This document shows positions 51,236 through 61,387 of a DNA stretch of 64,000 bases, piece by piece. Each line of letters begins with the position of its first letter. Position 1 is the first letter of the stretch. The notes below the pieces were generated by a model. The model saw nothing but the letters and a program-made list of their open reading frames with translations, was not told where the DNA came from and made no database searches. The DNA lies in contig OZ219856.1 of NCBI GenBank assembly GCA_964291395.2, forward strand, positions 448,001-512,000, in the 5' to 3' direction. The stretch is from Alphaproteobacteria bacterium. Lineage in GTDB: Bacteria > Pseudomonadota > Alphaproteobacteria > UBA2966. The translations under genes were made by a program, and so were the position numbers.

Positions 51236-52894
51236 GTGTCGGAAAAAGCTTCGCAGCATGTTGCCAAGGAAGGGATCTGGAAGGGGCTTCATCCGGGGAT
51301 GGGTCTTGCCTCCAAGGGTATGGTCGCGGCGTTCGTCATCTTCACGGCCCTCAACGTCGATTTCGCCAACTCGGTCTACTCGGCGGTGCGCGGATGGATC
51401 GAATCGGCATTGAACTGGTACTACATCAGCGCCCTCATCATCATATTCTTCGTCTGCATCTATCTGATGCTCAGCCGTTTCGGCAGCATCAGGCTGGGCG
51501 ACGACGACAGCCGGCCCGAGTTCAGTAAATTCTCCTGGTTCGCCATGCTGTTCTCGGCAGGCGTGGGGATCGGACTGCTGTTCTTCGGCATCGCCGAGCC
51601 GGTGTTCTACTTCGACAACACGGCGCCCTGGGGCTATCCCAACAATCCCTTCGCGGATCACGCGCACGTAACCGAGATGAACGAGAGTCGCGCCATCCTC
51701 GCCATGCGCGTGACCTATTTCCATTGGGGGTTTCACGGCTGGGCGGTCTACGTGATGGTCGGCCTGTGCCTCGCTTATTTCGGCTTCCGCAAGAAGCTGC
51801 CGCTGACCCTGCGCTCGGCGCTCTATCCGGTCATCGGCGATCGAATCTACGGCCCCATCGGTCACGCGGTGGACCTGCTGGCGGTGTTCGGGACGGTGTT
51901 CGGCGTGGCCACGTCGCTGGGGCTCGGCGTCAGCCAGATGGCGGCGGGGCTCAACCACCTGTTCGGGGTCGACCCGGGGACGACCACCCAGATCATTCTG
52001 ATCGTGATCATCTCCGTGGTGGCGACCTTCTCTGCCGTGTCGGGCGTCGGCAATGGCATCCGCATCATTTCCGAATGGAATATCTGGCTCAGCGTCGTGC
52101 TGCTCGCCTTCTTCCTGTTCGGCGGTCCGGCCAAGTGGCTGTTGGGCTTCTTCGTCACCACCGTCGGCGACTATCTCTGGAACGTCGTCCCCATGGGCTT
52201 TCAGACCTTCAACAGCGAGGGCGATTCCGCCTGGCAGGGCGGGTGGACGATCTTCTACTGGGGCTGGTGGATATCCTGGGCGCCGTTCGTCGGCATGTTC
52301 ATCGCGCGGATCAGCCGCGGGCGCACCATCCGCGAGTTCATGGTGGGCGTGATGTTCGTGCCGACGACCCTCGCCTTCTTCTGGCTCTGCATCTTCGGCG
52401 GCAACGCCATCCACGCGGAGCTGAACGCCGTCGGCGGCGTGGGAACGGCCGGAATCGCGCAACTCGTCAGGGATTGGAACCTGCCGGCGGCGCTCTACGG
52501 CACCATCGACCTGGTCACCGGCGTCGCCTGGCTGAACTGGGCCATGGCGGCCCTGGCCACGTTCCTGCTGGCGACCTGGTTCATCACGTCGTCGGACTCG
52601 GGCACCCTGGTCATCACCACCATGCTCAGCATGGGCGATGACGACCCGCCGCAGAAGTTCCGCATCGTCTGGGGTCTCGGCGAGGGCTTCGTGGCCGCGG
52701 TCCTGCTGTTCGCCGGGGGGTTGAAGGCCTTGCAGACGGCCTCGATCGCGGCGGCGATGCCGGTCAGCGTGATCCTGCTCCTGATGACCTACGGGATCGT
52801 CAAGTCGCTGAACGAGGATCCCAGTGCGGTGCCCGCGCCCGAGGACAGCAAGGCGCCGGACGGCACCAGCCTCTCCGGTGAGCTGCACGCCTGA
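51236..52894 (+). CDS. BCCT family (betaine/carnitine/choline) transporter
   Basis: SWFAMLFSAGVGIG, HWGFHGW, WTIFYWGWWISWAPFVGMFIARIS. Confidence 0.95.
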   Translation: MSEKASQHVAKEGIWKGLHPGMGLASKGMVAAFVIFTALNVDFANSVYSAVRGWIESALNWYYISALIIIFFVCIYLMLSRFGSIRLGDDDSRPEFSKFSWFAMLFSAGVGIGLLFFGIAEPVFYFDNTAPWGYPNNPFADHAHVTEMNESRAILAMRVTYFHWGFHGWAVYVMVGLCLAYFGFRKKLPLTLRSALYPVIGDRIYGPIGHAVDLLAVFGTVFGVATSLGLGVSQMAAGLNHLFGVDPGTTTQIILIVIISVVATFSAVSGVGNGIRIISEWNIWLSVVLLAFFLFGGPAKWLLGFFVTTVGDYLWNVVPMGFQTFNSEGDSAWQGGWTIFYWGWWISWAPFVGMFIARISRGRTIREFMVGVMFVPTTLAFFWLCIFGGNAIHAELNAVGGVGTAGIAQLVRDWNLPAALYGTIDLVTGVAWLNWAMAALATFLLATWFITSSDSGTLVITTMLSMGDDDPPQKFRIVWGLGEGFVAAVLLFAGGLKALQTASIAAAMPVSVILLLMTYGIVKSLNEDPSAVPAPEDSKAPDGTSLSGELHA

Positions 52895-52943
52895 TCCGGG
52901 GGGATCTGCGCGGAGTTCCGGTTCGAATAGGGAGGGAGTAGAG

Positions 52944-54053
52944 ATGAATGCGCGTTATTTGGTTGCGACTCTCGGTTCGGCGGTCGCGCTGCTGGCCTCC
53001 GGCCCGTCCGTGTCGCACGGGCCCCAGAAGGAACTGACGGTTGTCTCGTGGGGCGGCGACTACACCAGGAGTCAGATGCTGGCCTACGTGAAACCCTACC
53101 GCCGGCACAGCGGCGAATGGGTGGCGATGGAGACCTACGGCGGGGGGCTCGACGAGATTCGCGAGCAGGTCGAAACCGAGAACGTCGTGTGGGACGTCGT
53201 GGATTTCGAGCAATCGGATCTGATTCAGGGCTGCCGCGAGGGTCTGCTCGAAGAGATCGACCACGGCAGCTTGCCGCCCGGCGACGACGGCACGCCCGCG
53301 ATGGAAGATTTTATCCCCGGTTCGTTCACCGAATGCGGCGTCGGCCAGATGGTCTGGGCGACGGTGGTCGCCTATGACGACGAAGCCGTCGGCGGCAACC
53401 CGCCCGGGGGGCTGGCGGATTTCTTCGACGTGAAGAAATATCCCGGTAAGCGGGGGCTGCGCCGCGACCCGCGGGTGATCATGGAATGGGCCCTGATGGC
53501 TGACGGCGTCGCCCCCGACAAGGTGTACGAGACGCTGGCGACCGAGGAGGGGCAACGGCGCGCGTTCTCCGTACTGGACGGGATCAAGGCCCATATCGTC
53601 TGGTGGAAGTCCGGCGACGAGCCGGTCGCGCTCCTGGAGTCCGGGACGGTGGTCATGACTTCGGTGTGGAACGGGCGGATGTACCGTCCCATCGCCGAGG
53701 AGGGAAAGCCCTTCACCATCCTCTGGGACGGACAGATCTGGGACATCGATTCCTGGGGCGTTCCGAAGGGCAGCCCCAACTTGGCCAAGGCCCTGGATTT
53801 CATCCGCTTTTCTACCGGTTCGGGCCCGCTCGCCGAGCAGACCAGGTTCATTTCCTACGGCCCCGCGAGGAGATCGGCGATGGCGCTGGTCGCCGAGGCC
53901 ACCGAGCCCCATCTCCCTACCGCGGGGAAGAACATGGCGAATGCGCTGCAAACCGATGCGGAGTGGTGGGCGAGTCGTCTCACCAGGCTCTCGGCAAGGT
54001 TCGAGGAATGGCTCGCCGCGGGCGGTCGCGGGCCGTCGGGCACGGCGCGCTGA
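52944..54053 (+). CDS. ABC substrate-binding protein, PotD/SBP_bac_8 class, orphan
   Basis: Signal peptide, VSWGG.Y, WDVVD, FFD.KKYPGKR, WNGR. Confidence 0.88.
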   Translation: MNARYLVATLGSAVALLASGPSVSHGPQKELTVVSWGGDYTRSQMLAYVKPYRRHSGEWVAMETYGGGLDEIREQVETENVVWDVVDFEQSDLIQGCREGLLEEIDHGSLPPGDDGTPAMEDFIPGSFTECGVGQMVWATVVAYDDEAVGGNPPGGLADFFDVKKYPGKRGLRRDPRVIMEWALMADGVAPDKVYETLATEEGQRRAFSVLDGIKAHIVWWKSGDEPVALLESGTVVMTSVWNGRMYRPIAEEGKPFTILWDGQIWDIDSWGVPKGSPNLAKALDFIRFSTGSGPLAEQTRFISYGPARRSAMALVAEATEPHLPTAGKNMANALQTDAEWWASRLTRLSARFEEWLAAGGRGPSGTAR

Positions 54054-54228
54054 GCCGGTCCGACATACGCCGTGGTTTGTGAGCGCCGTGAAGAGTCGAG
54101 TTTACCCGGGGCTTTCCGTTCGCTACATTTCACGAAGTGAAGCGCGTGCCCGCCGGTCGCGACGGTCGTCGGCGAACGGTTCGCGTGGCGTGTGACGGGA
54201 GGCGACAAAAGCAGGAGAGGCGACCACG

Positions 54229-55620
54229 ATGGCCGTTCAGGAGCTCGATACCGATACCTCGCGTCGGGACTACGAAAAGCTCGCGTTCAACGGATACTAC
54301 ACGCGGGATATCCCGCCGCCGGATCCGCTGATCACCGAAACGGGACCTGGCACGCCCATGGGCGAGTATTTCCGCCGGTTTTGGATCCCCGTTTGTCTGT
54401 CCGAGGAACTCACGGACCTGCCCAAGGCGATCAGGATCCTGAGCGAAGACCTTGTCGCCTTCCGCGACAAGTCCGGCCGGGTCGGTGTGCTGCACCGGCA
54501 TTGCAGCCATCGCGGCACGTCTCTCGAGTACGGGATCGTCTCCGAGCGCGGCATCCGCTGCTGCTACCACGGCTGGCTGTTCGACGTCGACGGCACCATC
54601 CTCGAGACCCCCGGCGAGCCGCCGGACTCGAAACTCAAGGACAGCTTCTATCACGGTGCCTATCCCGCCTTCGAAATGCACGGGCTGGTGCACGCCTACA
54701 TGGGGCCGCCGGAGTTGAAACCGGACAAGCCGCATCTCGACTTCTTCGAGATGCCCGGCGTCCAGTTCGCGCCGTTTGCGATTCCATACGAGAACAACTG
54801 GCTGAACTCCCACGAGAACAACGTGGACCCGGTGCACTCGGTGTTCCTGCACGAACGCTATGCGCTCCACTTCGAGCACCGGGCCTTCGCGGTCCTGCCG
54901 AATCTCAAATGGCGGCTCACCGGCGGCGGCGACGGCATGATGTACATGTCGGTGCGGCGCCTGGACGAGGAATGGATCTGGGCGCGCATCCTTCACTGCC
55001 GGATGCCTTTCGAGAGCTACGTGCCGTCCGTGTGGGATCTGCCGAGGCCGACGTACTATCAGCCCGGCTTCTATCTGCGCCGGATGGTGCCCGTCGATGA
55101 TCGCAATTCCATCTTCTTCGGTTGGCGCGCCCACGGCACGGACCGCTTCGAGGGCGGCGATCCAAAAGAAAACGGCTGGAACCTGATCGACATGGGCGGT
55201 CAGGTCGAAAAGCCGACGTACGAGGAGAAGCAGCGCGAAGCGGGCGACTGGGAAGCCCAGGGAAGCGTCTGGTACGGGGTCCCGCGTCCCGATATCGAGC
55301 ATCCCGGGTCGACGGACGGTGGCGTGATGATGATGCGCCGGGCGCTGCGCAACATCGTCGAGGGCAACGTGCCCGCCGCATGGCCCAAGCCGGAAGGCAG
55401 CGATGGCGACAAGCCGGCGCCTACGAAGATCCTGTCCCAGGATTCCGTGCTCAACATCAGGGAGCGCCCGGATCCCGACGAGGACTGGGAGTTGCTCGGC
55501 ACGATCGGCGAAGAGATCACCGAAGTCGTGATCGAGGGCAGCGGGAAGTTCGTTGGCCCGGAGCGCGACGACTGGATCATCGAGCGGATCAGGAAGATCG
55601 AGGCCGAGTATCGCGGCTGA
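54229..55620 (+). CDS. Rieske non-heme iron oxygenase alpha subunit (phthalate 4,5-dioxygenase/LigX-like group)
   Basis: GPGTPMG..RRFW.P, CSHR..CCYHGW, ENNVDPVH..LH, distal Asp. Confidence 0.9.
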   Translation: MAVQELDTDTSRRDYEKLAFNGYYTRDIPPPDPLITETGPGTPMGEYFRRFWIPVCLSEELTDLPKAIRILSEDLVAFRDKSGRVGVLHRHCSHRGTSLEYGIVSERGIRCCYHGWLFDVDGTILETPGEPPDSKLKDSFYHGAYPAFEMHGLVHAYMGPPELKPDKPHLDFFEMPGVQFAPFAIPYENNWLNSHENNVDPVHSVFLHERYALHFEHRAFAVLPNLKWRLTGGGDGMMYMSVRRLDEEWIWARILHCRMPFESYVPSVWDLPRPTYYQPGFYLRRMVPVDDRNSIFFGWRAHGTDRFEGGDPKENGWNLIDMGGQVEKPTYEEKQREAGDWEAQGSVWYGVPRPDIEHPGSTDGGVMMMRRALRNIVEGNVPAAWPKPEGSDGDKPAPTKILSQDSVLNIRERPDPDEDWELLGTIGEEITEVVIEGSGKFVGPERDDWIIERIRKIEAEYRG

Positions 55621-55727
55621 CGGCACGCGGGCCGTTCCCGTCGCCCTCTCCGGCAAGTCCGGTCAGGAGGGGAGGGCCGCATGATCGGAACGGCGACATG
55701 GCGAACGTCGGGGACGGAGAGAACGAC

Positions 55728-56453
55728 ATGGCCAAGGCACCAGCGAAATCGAAAGCCGAGCGTGTACCCATCCCGGTCAAGCGGGGCCGCAAGCTGAAGC
55801 AGATCAAGGGCTATGGCGTGCAGAGCAAGAGAACGCCGAGCCGGCGTTTGCAGAAGCTGGAAACCACGCCGTGGCAGACGTTGGGTCCGTTCTATCCGTA
55901 CGAGTTCCTCATCGAGCCGGGCGAGAACGACATGACGCGGATCGCCAAGGGCAAGCGACGCGCCAAGGGCGAAGTCATCGACGTCGTGGGGCGCGTGCTG
56001 GACGAGGACGGCCGGCCGGTGCGGGGCTGCCTGATCGAGGCCTGGCAATGCAACGCGGCCGGCCGCTACCTGCATGCGGTGGATCAGTCCGACGTGCCTC
56101 TCGATCCCAACTTCACGGGCGTTGGCCGGGTGGTGACGGATGAGGACGGGCGGTACGGATTCCACACGATCAAGCCGGCGCCCTATGCGGTGCCCGGGTA
56201 CGACAGCTGGAAGCGACCCAGGCATATTCACTTCTCCCTTTATGCGGCCGGCATTCTCGATCGTCTGATCACCCAGATGTATTTCCCGGGCGAGCGCTTG
56301 AACCGGCAGGATTTCATGTACAACGCGCTCCCCGACGACAAGGCGCGGCGGGCCCTGACGGGCAAGGCGTCCAAGGGCCCGCGCGGCACGACGACGTACA
56401 CCTTCAACATGGTGCTGCGGGGCTCCCAGGAGACGCCGTTCTTCGAGGTCTGA
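55728..56453 (+). CDS. Protocatechuate 3,4-dioxygenase-like intradiol dioxygenase
   Basis: WQCNAAGRY, DPNF.G.GR, TIKPAPY, RPRHIHF (Tyr/Tyr/His/His iron ligands), TQMYFPG. Confidence 0.88.
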   Translation: MAKAPAKSKAERVPIPVKRGRKLKQIKGYGVQSKRTPSRRLQKLETTPWQTLGPFYPYEFLIEPGENDMTRIAKGKRRAKGEVIDVVGRVLDEDGRPVRGCLIEAWQCNAAGRYLHAVDQSDVPLDPNFTGVGRVVTDEDGRYGFHTIKPAPYAVPGYDSWKRPRHIHFSLYAAGILDRLITQMYFPGERLNRQDFMYNALPDDKARRALTGKASKGPRGTTTYTFNMVLRGSQETPFFEV

Positions 56454-56518
56454 TCCTCCGTTCGCCGAAGGCTCGGGCTCCAGCCGCTTCACGACGACTC
56501 CGGAGCCGGTAAGGGCCG

Positions 56519-57843
56519 ATGTCGGGCGCTTCCCTGGCCAACCCTCTCGCGGGGATTTTTTCCGAAGAGGGACGCCTCGAACGGTATCTGGCCTTCGAAA
56601 TCGCGCTCGCCGAGGTGGAGGCCGGGCTCGGCCTGATACCCGAGGAAGCCGCCAGGGAGATCGCGCGCGTCGCGACGCTGGAGACGATCGACACGGAAAG
56701 GCTCGACGCCGATACGGAGCGTACCGGGTATCCCGTCGCGCCGATGGTGCGTCAGCTCACGGCGGCTTGCCGCGACGGCTTGGGGCAGTTCGTCCATTGG
56801 GGCAGCACCACGCAGGACGTCATGGATACGGCGATGGTGATGCAGATTCGGGACGCCCTGGTACACGTCGAGAGTGAATTGAAACTTCTGGCGCGGGATC
56901 TCGGCGATCTGGCGGAACGGCACCGGGACACGCTGATGGTCGCGCGCACCTTCGGCGGGTACGCTTTGCCGTTCACCTTCGGTGCGAAGGCCGCCCGGTG
57001 GCTCGCGTCGGTTTGCCGCCACATCGAACGCCTGGAACAGCTTCGTCCCCGTGTTCTCGTGGGCGAGTTCGGCGGCGCCGTGGGGACTCTCGCGTCCTTC
57101 GGCGGACACGGCGCGGAGGTGCGCAAAAGGCTGCTGGCGCGTCTCGAGCTGGCGGAGCCGATCGCCGTTTGGCACGCGGCGAGGGATACGGTTTCGGAGA
57201 CGGCCTGTTTTCTGGGCTTGGTGACGGCGACTCTCGGGAAGATCGGGCACGACGTGGCCGCCTTGTGCGCGAGCGACGTCGGAGAGGTGTTCGAGCCTGT
57301 TTCCGGTGGCCGGGACGCGAGCAGCACGTTGCCGCAGAAGCGGAATCCGGTTTATTCGGGGCGGGTGGTCGCCAACGCGCGAGTCGTCGCGAATCACGTG
57401 TCTCTCGTGCTCGACGCGGCCCGGCAGGACCACGAACGGGGACCGCAGGGGTTCGTCGAGAAGATGATCGTCCGGAGATCTTCATCCTTGCGGGCGAGAC
57501 TCTCGCCACCACGCGCCACGTCGCCGCGGGCCTGCGCGTCGACGAGGAGCGCATGCGCGCCAATCTCGAGGCCTCCGGCGGAGTCGTCATGGCCGAGGCC
57601 GCGACCATGGCGCTCTCGCCGTATCTCGGTCGCCTGAAAGCGAAGGATCTCGTTCACGATGCGTGCGAACGGGTGGATGCGGAGAAAGCGGATCTGGCGT
57701 CCGTTCTCGCGTCGATCCCGCAAGTCGCCGAGCACCTCGGCGGCGAGGCGCTCGCCCGGACCATGGATCCCTCGAACTACCTGGGCACGGTGGGCGAGGA
57801 GGTGGACCGGGTGGTGGCCCGGGCGCGGGAGATCGCCGGATGA
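56519..57843 (+). pseudogene. pcaB: 3-carboxy-cis,cis-muconate cycloisomerase-like (PcaB) with a 1-nt deletion near 57471
   Basis: HWGSTTQD.MDT, SSTLPQKRNP, QDHER; continuation PEIFIL..RMRANL..GVVMAEA..DPSNYLG lies in another frame; span is 1325 nt = 3n+2. Confidence 0.8.
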
Positions 57844-58724
57844 CGACCGGCATTCCCCGCTGCGAGGGGCCGGACCCCCACCCGGACCCGCCCGGGTTTA
57901 CGCCGCCACCCGGTACTTGCGACACGCACTTCCACGTATTCGGCCCGTCGGACAGGTTTCCCTACGCGGCGGGCCGCAAGTACACGCCGCCCGATTCTCC
58001 GCTGGAAGATTACTTCGTCCTCATGGAAAGGCTCGGTATCGAGCGCGGCGTCGTGGTTCATCCCAACCTGCACGGAAGCGACAACGCGGTTACGCTCGAC
58101 GCCGTCGCCCGGAGCGACGGTCGGTTCCTCGGCATCGTGAAGCTCGACGCCTCCTCCACCTTCGAGGACCTGAGGCATCTGAACGCCCTCGGCGTGCGTG
58201 GTGTCCGGTTCGCCTTCAATCCGCAGCACGGGGGCACCTTCGACTCGGAACTCTTCGATCGAACGGCCGGCTGGTGCGCACGGCTGGGATGGCAGATCGA
58301 GCTGCATTCCGCGCCCGAAGATCTGGTCGGTCTGGCCGAGCGCCTGGCGCGCGCGGACAACCCCATCGTCATCGACCATTTCGGCCGGGTCGACGTTTCC
58401 CTCGGCCTCCGCCAGGAGCCGTTCCGCACGCTGCTCGACCTTGCGAAAGAACCGCACGTCTGGGTGAAGCTCACGGGCGCCGACCGCATCACCAGGGCGG
58501 GTCCGCCCTACGACGACATCGTTCCGTTCGCCCGCGCGCTCATCGAGGTGGCGCCGGATCGAATGGTCTGGGGAACCGATTGGCCCCACTCCGCCTATTT
58601 CGACCGGGCGCGGATGCCGAACGACGGTGCGCTCATGAACCTGATGCCGGCGTTCGCCCCGGATTCCGAGGTGCGCGACCGGATTCTCGCGGACAATGCG
58701 GCGCGCCTGTTCGGGTTTTCTTGA
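57840..58724 (+). CDS. Amidohydrolase-2 family lactonase (LigI / sulfomuconolactone hydrolase-like)
   Basis: CDTHFHVFGP, GVRF, IDHFG, WVKL, WGTDWPH. Confidence 0.88.
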   Translation: MTTGIPRCEGPDPHPDPPGFTPPPGTCDTHFHVFGPSDRFPYAAGRKYTPPDSPLEDYFVLMERLGIERGVVVHPNLHGSDNAVTLDAVARSDGRFLGIVKLDASSTFEDLRHLNALGVRGVRFAFNPQHGGTFDSELFDRTAGWCARLGWQIELHSAPEDLVGLAERLARADNPIVIDHFGRVDVSLGLRQEPFRTLLDLAKEPHVWVKLTGADRITRAGPPYDDIVPFARALIEVAPDRMVWGTDWPHSAYFDRARMPNDGALMNLMPAFAPDSEVRDRILADNAARLFGFS

Positions 58725-58748
58725 GCACGGGAATCGGGGGGGACGGCC

Positions 58749-59624
58749 ATGAGCGTCGAGATCGAAAAGGTCGATACGGAACGGGACCGGCTGGGCGAGG
58801 GGCCGCTTTGGGACCCGCGGGACCGGGTCCTGTATTGGGTCGACTCGAACGGCTGCCGCATCCGTCGTCTCGACCCGGCCAGCGGCGACGTTCGGAACTG
58901 GCCGGTCTCCGAGCAGATCGGCTCCATGGCCCTGCGCGAGTCCGGCGGTGCGGTGATCGCGCTGAAGTCGGGCTTCCACTTCTTCGACTTCGAGAGCGGG
59001 ACCGCCACGCCGATAATCGATCCCGAGCAGGGCGAGGGGCGTACGCGCTTCAACGACGGCAAGGTCGACAGGCAGGGCCGGTTCCTCGCCGGCTCGATGG
59101 ACATGCCCGGCATGAACGCCTTCCGGGGTTCCCTGTATCGGCTGGACCCGGATCTGAAGCTGACCCGGCTCCGGGAGAACGTCGGGGTCTCCAACGGGCC
59201 TTGCTTCAGCCCCGACGGGAACACGTTCTATTTCGCCGACAGTCCGCGAAGGACGATCTGGGCTTATGACTACGACGGCGCGACCGGCGGCCTGTCCAAC
59301 ATGCGCACTTTCATCGATCTGGAGCCGCTCGACGCCATCCCCGACGGCGCGACGGTGGACGCCGACGGCTGTCTGTGGAGCGCTCTCGTCTCGCGCGGCC
59401 GGATCGGGTGCTTTTCACCGGATGGAGAGCTCGTGCGCACGATCGAAGTGCCCACCGATCACCCGTCCAGCGTCATGTTCGGAGGTCCCGGTCTCGACGT
59501 CCTCTATGTGACGTCCATCTGGGAATGGCAGCAGGTGAAGACCGGAAACGACGCGGACGGTCATCTGTTCGCCGTTCACGGTCTCGGAACCGCCGGTCTT
59601 CCCGAGCCGCGGTTCGCGGGATAG
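58749..59624 (+). CDS. SMP-30/gluconolactonase family protein
   Basis: LGEGP.W, RFNDG, SNG, PDG, FGG..LYVTS. Confidence 0.92.
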   Translation: MSVEIEKVDTERDRLGEGPLWDPRDRVLYWVDSNGCRIRRLDPASGDVRNWPVSEQIGSMALRESGGAVIALKSGFHFFDFESGTATPIIDPEQGEGRTRFNDGKVDRQGRFLAGSMDMPGMNAFRGSLYRLDPDLKLTRLRENVGVSNGPCFSPDGNTFYFADSPRRTIWAYDYDGATGGLSNMRTFIDLEPLDAIPDGATVDADGCLWSALVSRGRIGCFSPDGELVRTIEVPTDHPSSVMFGGPGLDVLYVTSIWEWQQVKTGNDADGHLFAVHGLGTAGLPEPRFAG

Positions 59625-59776
59625 GGCAGCCTTTCGACGGGTTGTCCACCCGGTCCCGACGGGGGAAGCCGGCGTTTGCCGGTTCATCCGTCTCCAGGGA
59701 GCCGGCCGGCCGGACGCATCGCGCCGAGGCCGGAGAGTCCGGCCACGCCCGTGCCGGACATGGCGGTTCCCGGCTC

Positions 59777-61213
59777 TCAGGTGGCCAGGTAGATCGCCTT
59801 GGGTTCGGTGTAGAGCCTGACGCCGTCTATGCCCTTCTCCCGTCCGATGCCGCTCTCCTTCATGCCGCCGAACGGCGTGCTGATGGAGACCTGCTTGTAC
59901 GCGTTGATCCAGACGCTGCCGGCCTCGATCCGCTGGCAGACCCGCCAGGCTTTCGCGAAATCGGACGTCCAGATGCCGCAGGCGAGGCCGTAGACCGTAT
60001 CGTTGGCCTGGGCGACCACGTCGTCCTCGTCGGTGAAGGGCAGGGCGCACAGGACCGGGCCGAAGATCTCCTCCTGGCACGCCCGGGCGCCGTGATGCAG
60101 GCCGCCCACGATCGTCGGCAGGTAGTAGGCGCCCCGTTCGAACCCGGGGCCGTCGGGCGCGCCGCCGCCGGAGATGATCTCGCCGCCTTCGTCGACGGCG
60201 GACGTCACGTATCCGGCGATGCGGTCGCGGTGCTGGAACGAGGCCATCGGCCCCATCTGGGCATTCTCGTCTTCCGGATGTCCGATCCGCCATGCGGCGG
60301 CGAGGGCGGCGAGCTTGTCGATGAATTCGTCCCGGATCGACGCCTCGACGAAGAGACGGGAGCCCGCGATGCACGACTGGCCGTGCGATCCGAAGATTCC
60401 GGAAGCCACGCCGACCGCGGCCTTGTCGAGGTCGCAGTCCGCGAACACCAGGTTGGGCGACTTGCCGCCGAGTTCCAGGGCGGCCGGCACCAGCCGCTCG
60501 CCGGCCGCTCTCGCGATCGCGCGGCCGGATCGGGTGCCGCCCGTGAACGAAACCATGCGCACGTCCGGATGGCGGACGAGCCGGTCGCCCACGTCCGCGC
60601 CGGTGCCGGAAAGGACGTTGACGACACCGGGCGGAATGCCGATGTCCTGGCAGATTCGTCCCATCTCCAGTCCGATCCCCGGTGTCACCTCGGAGGGCTT
60701 CAGTACGACGGAATTGCCGGCCGCCAGAGCGGGAGCGAGTTTCTGGGCGTTGAGCGTGATCGGTGAATTCCAGGGCGTGATCAGGGAGACCACGCCGTAG
60801 GGCTCGTACGAGACCATCGAGACGTAGTCTCCCCGGGGCGGGGTCACTTCCGCTTCCATGGTCTCGCACACGGCGGCGAAGTAGCGGACGATCCCCGCGG
60901 CTTGCTCCACTTGGCCCCGACACTCCGTAATGGTCTTGCCGTTCTCGCGCATCTGAAGGCGGGCGATATCCTCTTTTCGGTCGAGCAGGGTTTGACGGAA
61001 GGCGTAGAGATAATCGGCGCGCTGGTGCGGCTTGAGCGCGCGCCATTCGCCGGAGTAGTAGCTCTCTTTCGCGGCGGCCACCGCGTCGTCGACTTCGGTC
61101 TCCGTGGCGGTGCTGAACTCCGCGTTGAGGGACCCGTCCGCCGGGTTTATGGAGGCGAGGGCGGGTCCGGTCCCTTCGATCCAGTCGCCGCCGATCAACA
61201 TCCGTTCCGACAT
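59777..61213 (-). CDS. NAD-dependent aldehyde dehydrogenase
   Basis: PWN, KPSE, FTGG, ELGGKSP, GQSCIAG, EEIFGP. Confidence 0.94.
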   Translation of the reverse strand: MSERMLIGGDWIEGTGPALASINPADGSLNAEFSTATETEVDDAVAAAKESYYSGEWRALKPHQRADYLYAFRQTLLDRKEDIARLQMRENGKTITECRGQVEQAAGIVRYFAAVCETMEAEVTPPRGDYVSMVSYEPYGVVSLITPWNSPITLNAQKLAPALAAGNSVVLKPSEVTPGIGLEMGRICQDIGIPPGVVNVLSGTGADVGDRLVRHPDVRMVSFTGGTRSGRAIARAAGERLVPAALELGGKSPNLVFADCDLDKAAVGVASGIFGSHGQSCIAGSRLFVEASIRDEFIDKLAALAAAWRIGHPEDENAQMGPMASFQHRDRIAGYVTSAVDEGGEIISGGGAPDGPGFERGAYYLPTIVGGLHHGARACQEEIFGPVLCALPFTDEDDVVAQANDTVYGLACGIWTSDFAKAWRVCQRIEAGSVWINAYKQVSISTPFGGMKESGIGREKGIDGVRLYTEPKAIYLAT

Positions 61214-61235
61214 CGAGCCCTCCCTGCCGTCCGGC

Positions 61236-61303
61236 GCCAAGGTTCGCGGCCGGCCAAGATTTGTGACCGGCCAAGGTTCGCGGCCGGCCAAGATTCGCGA
61301 CAG
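61236..61303. repeat. 4 x 17-bp tandem repeat upstream of the ALDH gene
   Basis: GCCAAGGTTCGCGGCCG / GCCAAGATTTGTGACCG / GCCAAGGTTCGCGGCCG / GCCAAGATTCGCGACAG. Confidence 0.85.
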
Positions 61304-61387
61304 GGAAGCGATACTACCATGATCTCCGGTGGCCGGACCGCCGTCGGGAACTCGCGAACGAGGAACGCTTCCCGGCTTCCGGAGCGG

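Noticed and set aside
50066-52888. 940-aa minus-strand ORF and many other long antisense ORFs (e.g. 30217-32046, 21499-23310, 59415-61274)
   Set aside because: Shadow ORFs of high-GC genes; no motifs, and they overlap well-supported CDSs
61236-61303. CRISPR array
   Set aside because: Units are contiguous with no spacers, only 17 bp long, and no cas genes are present
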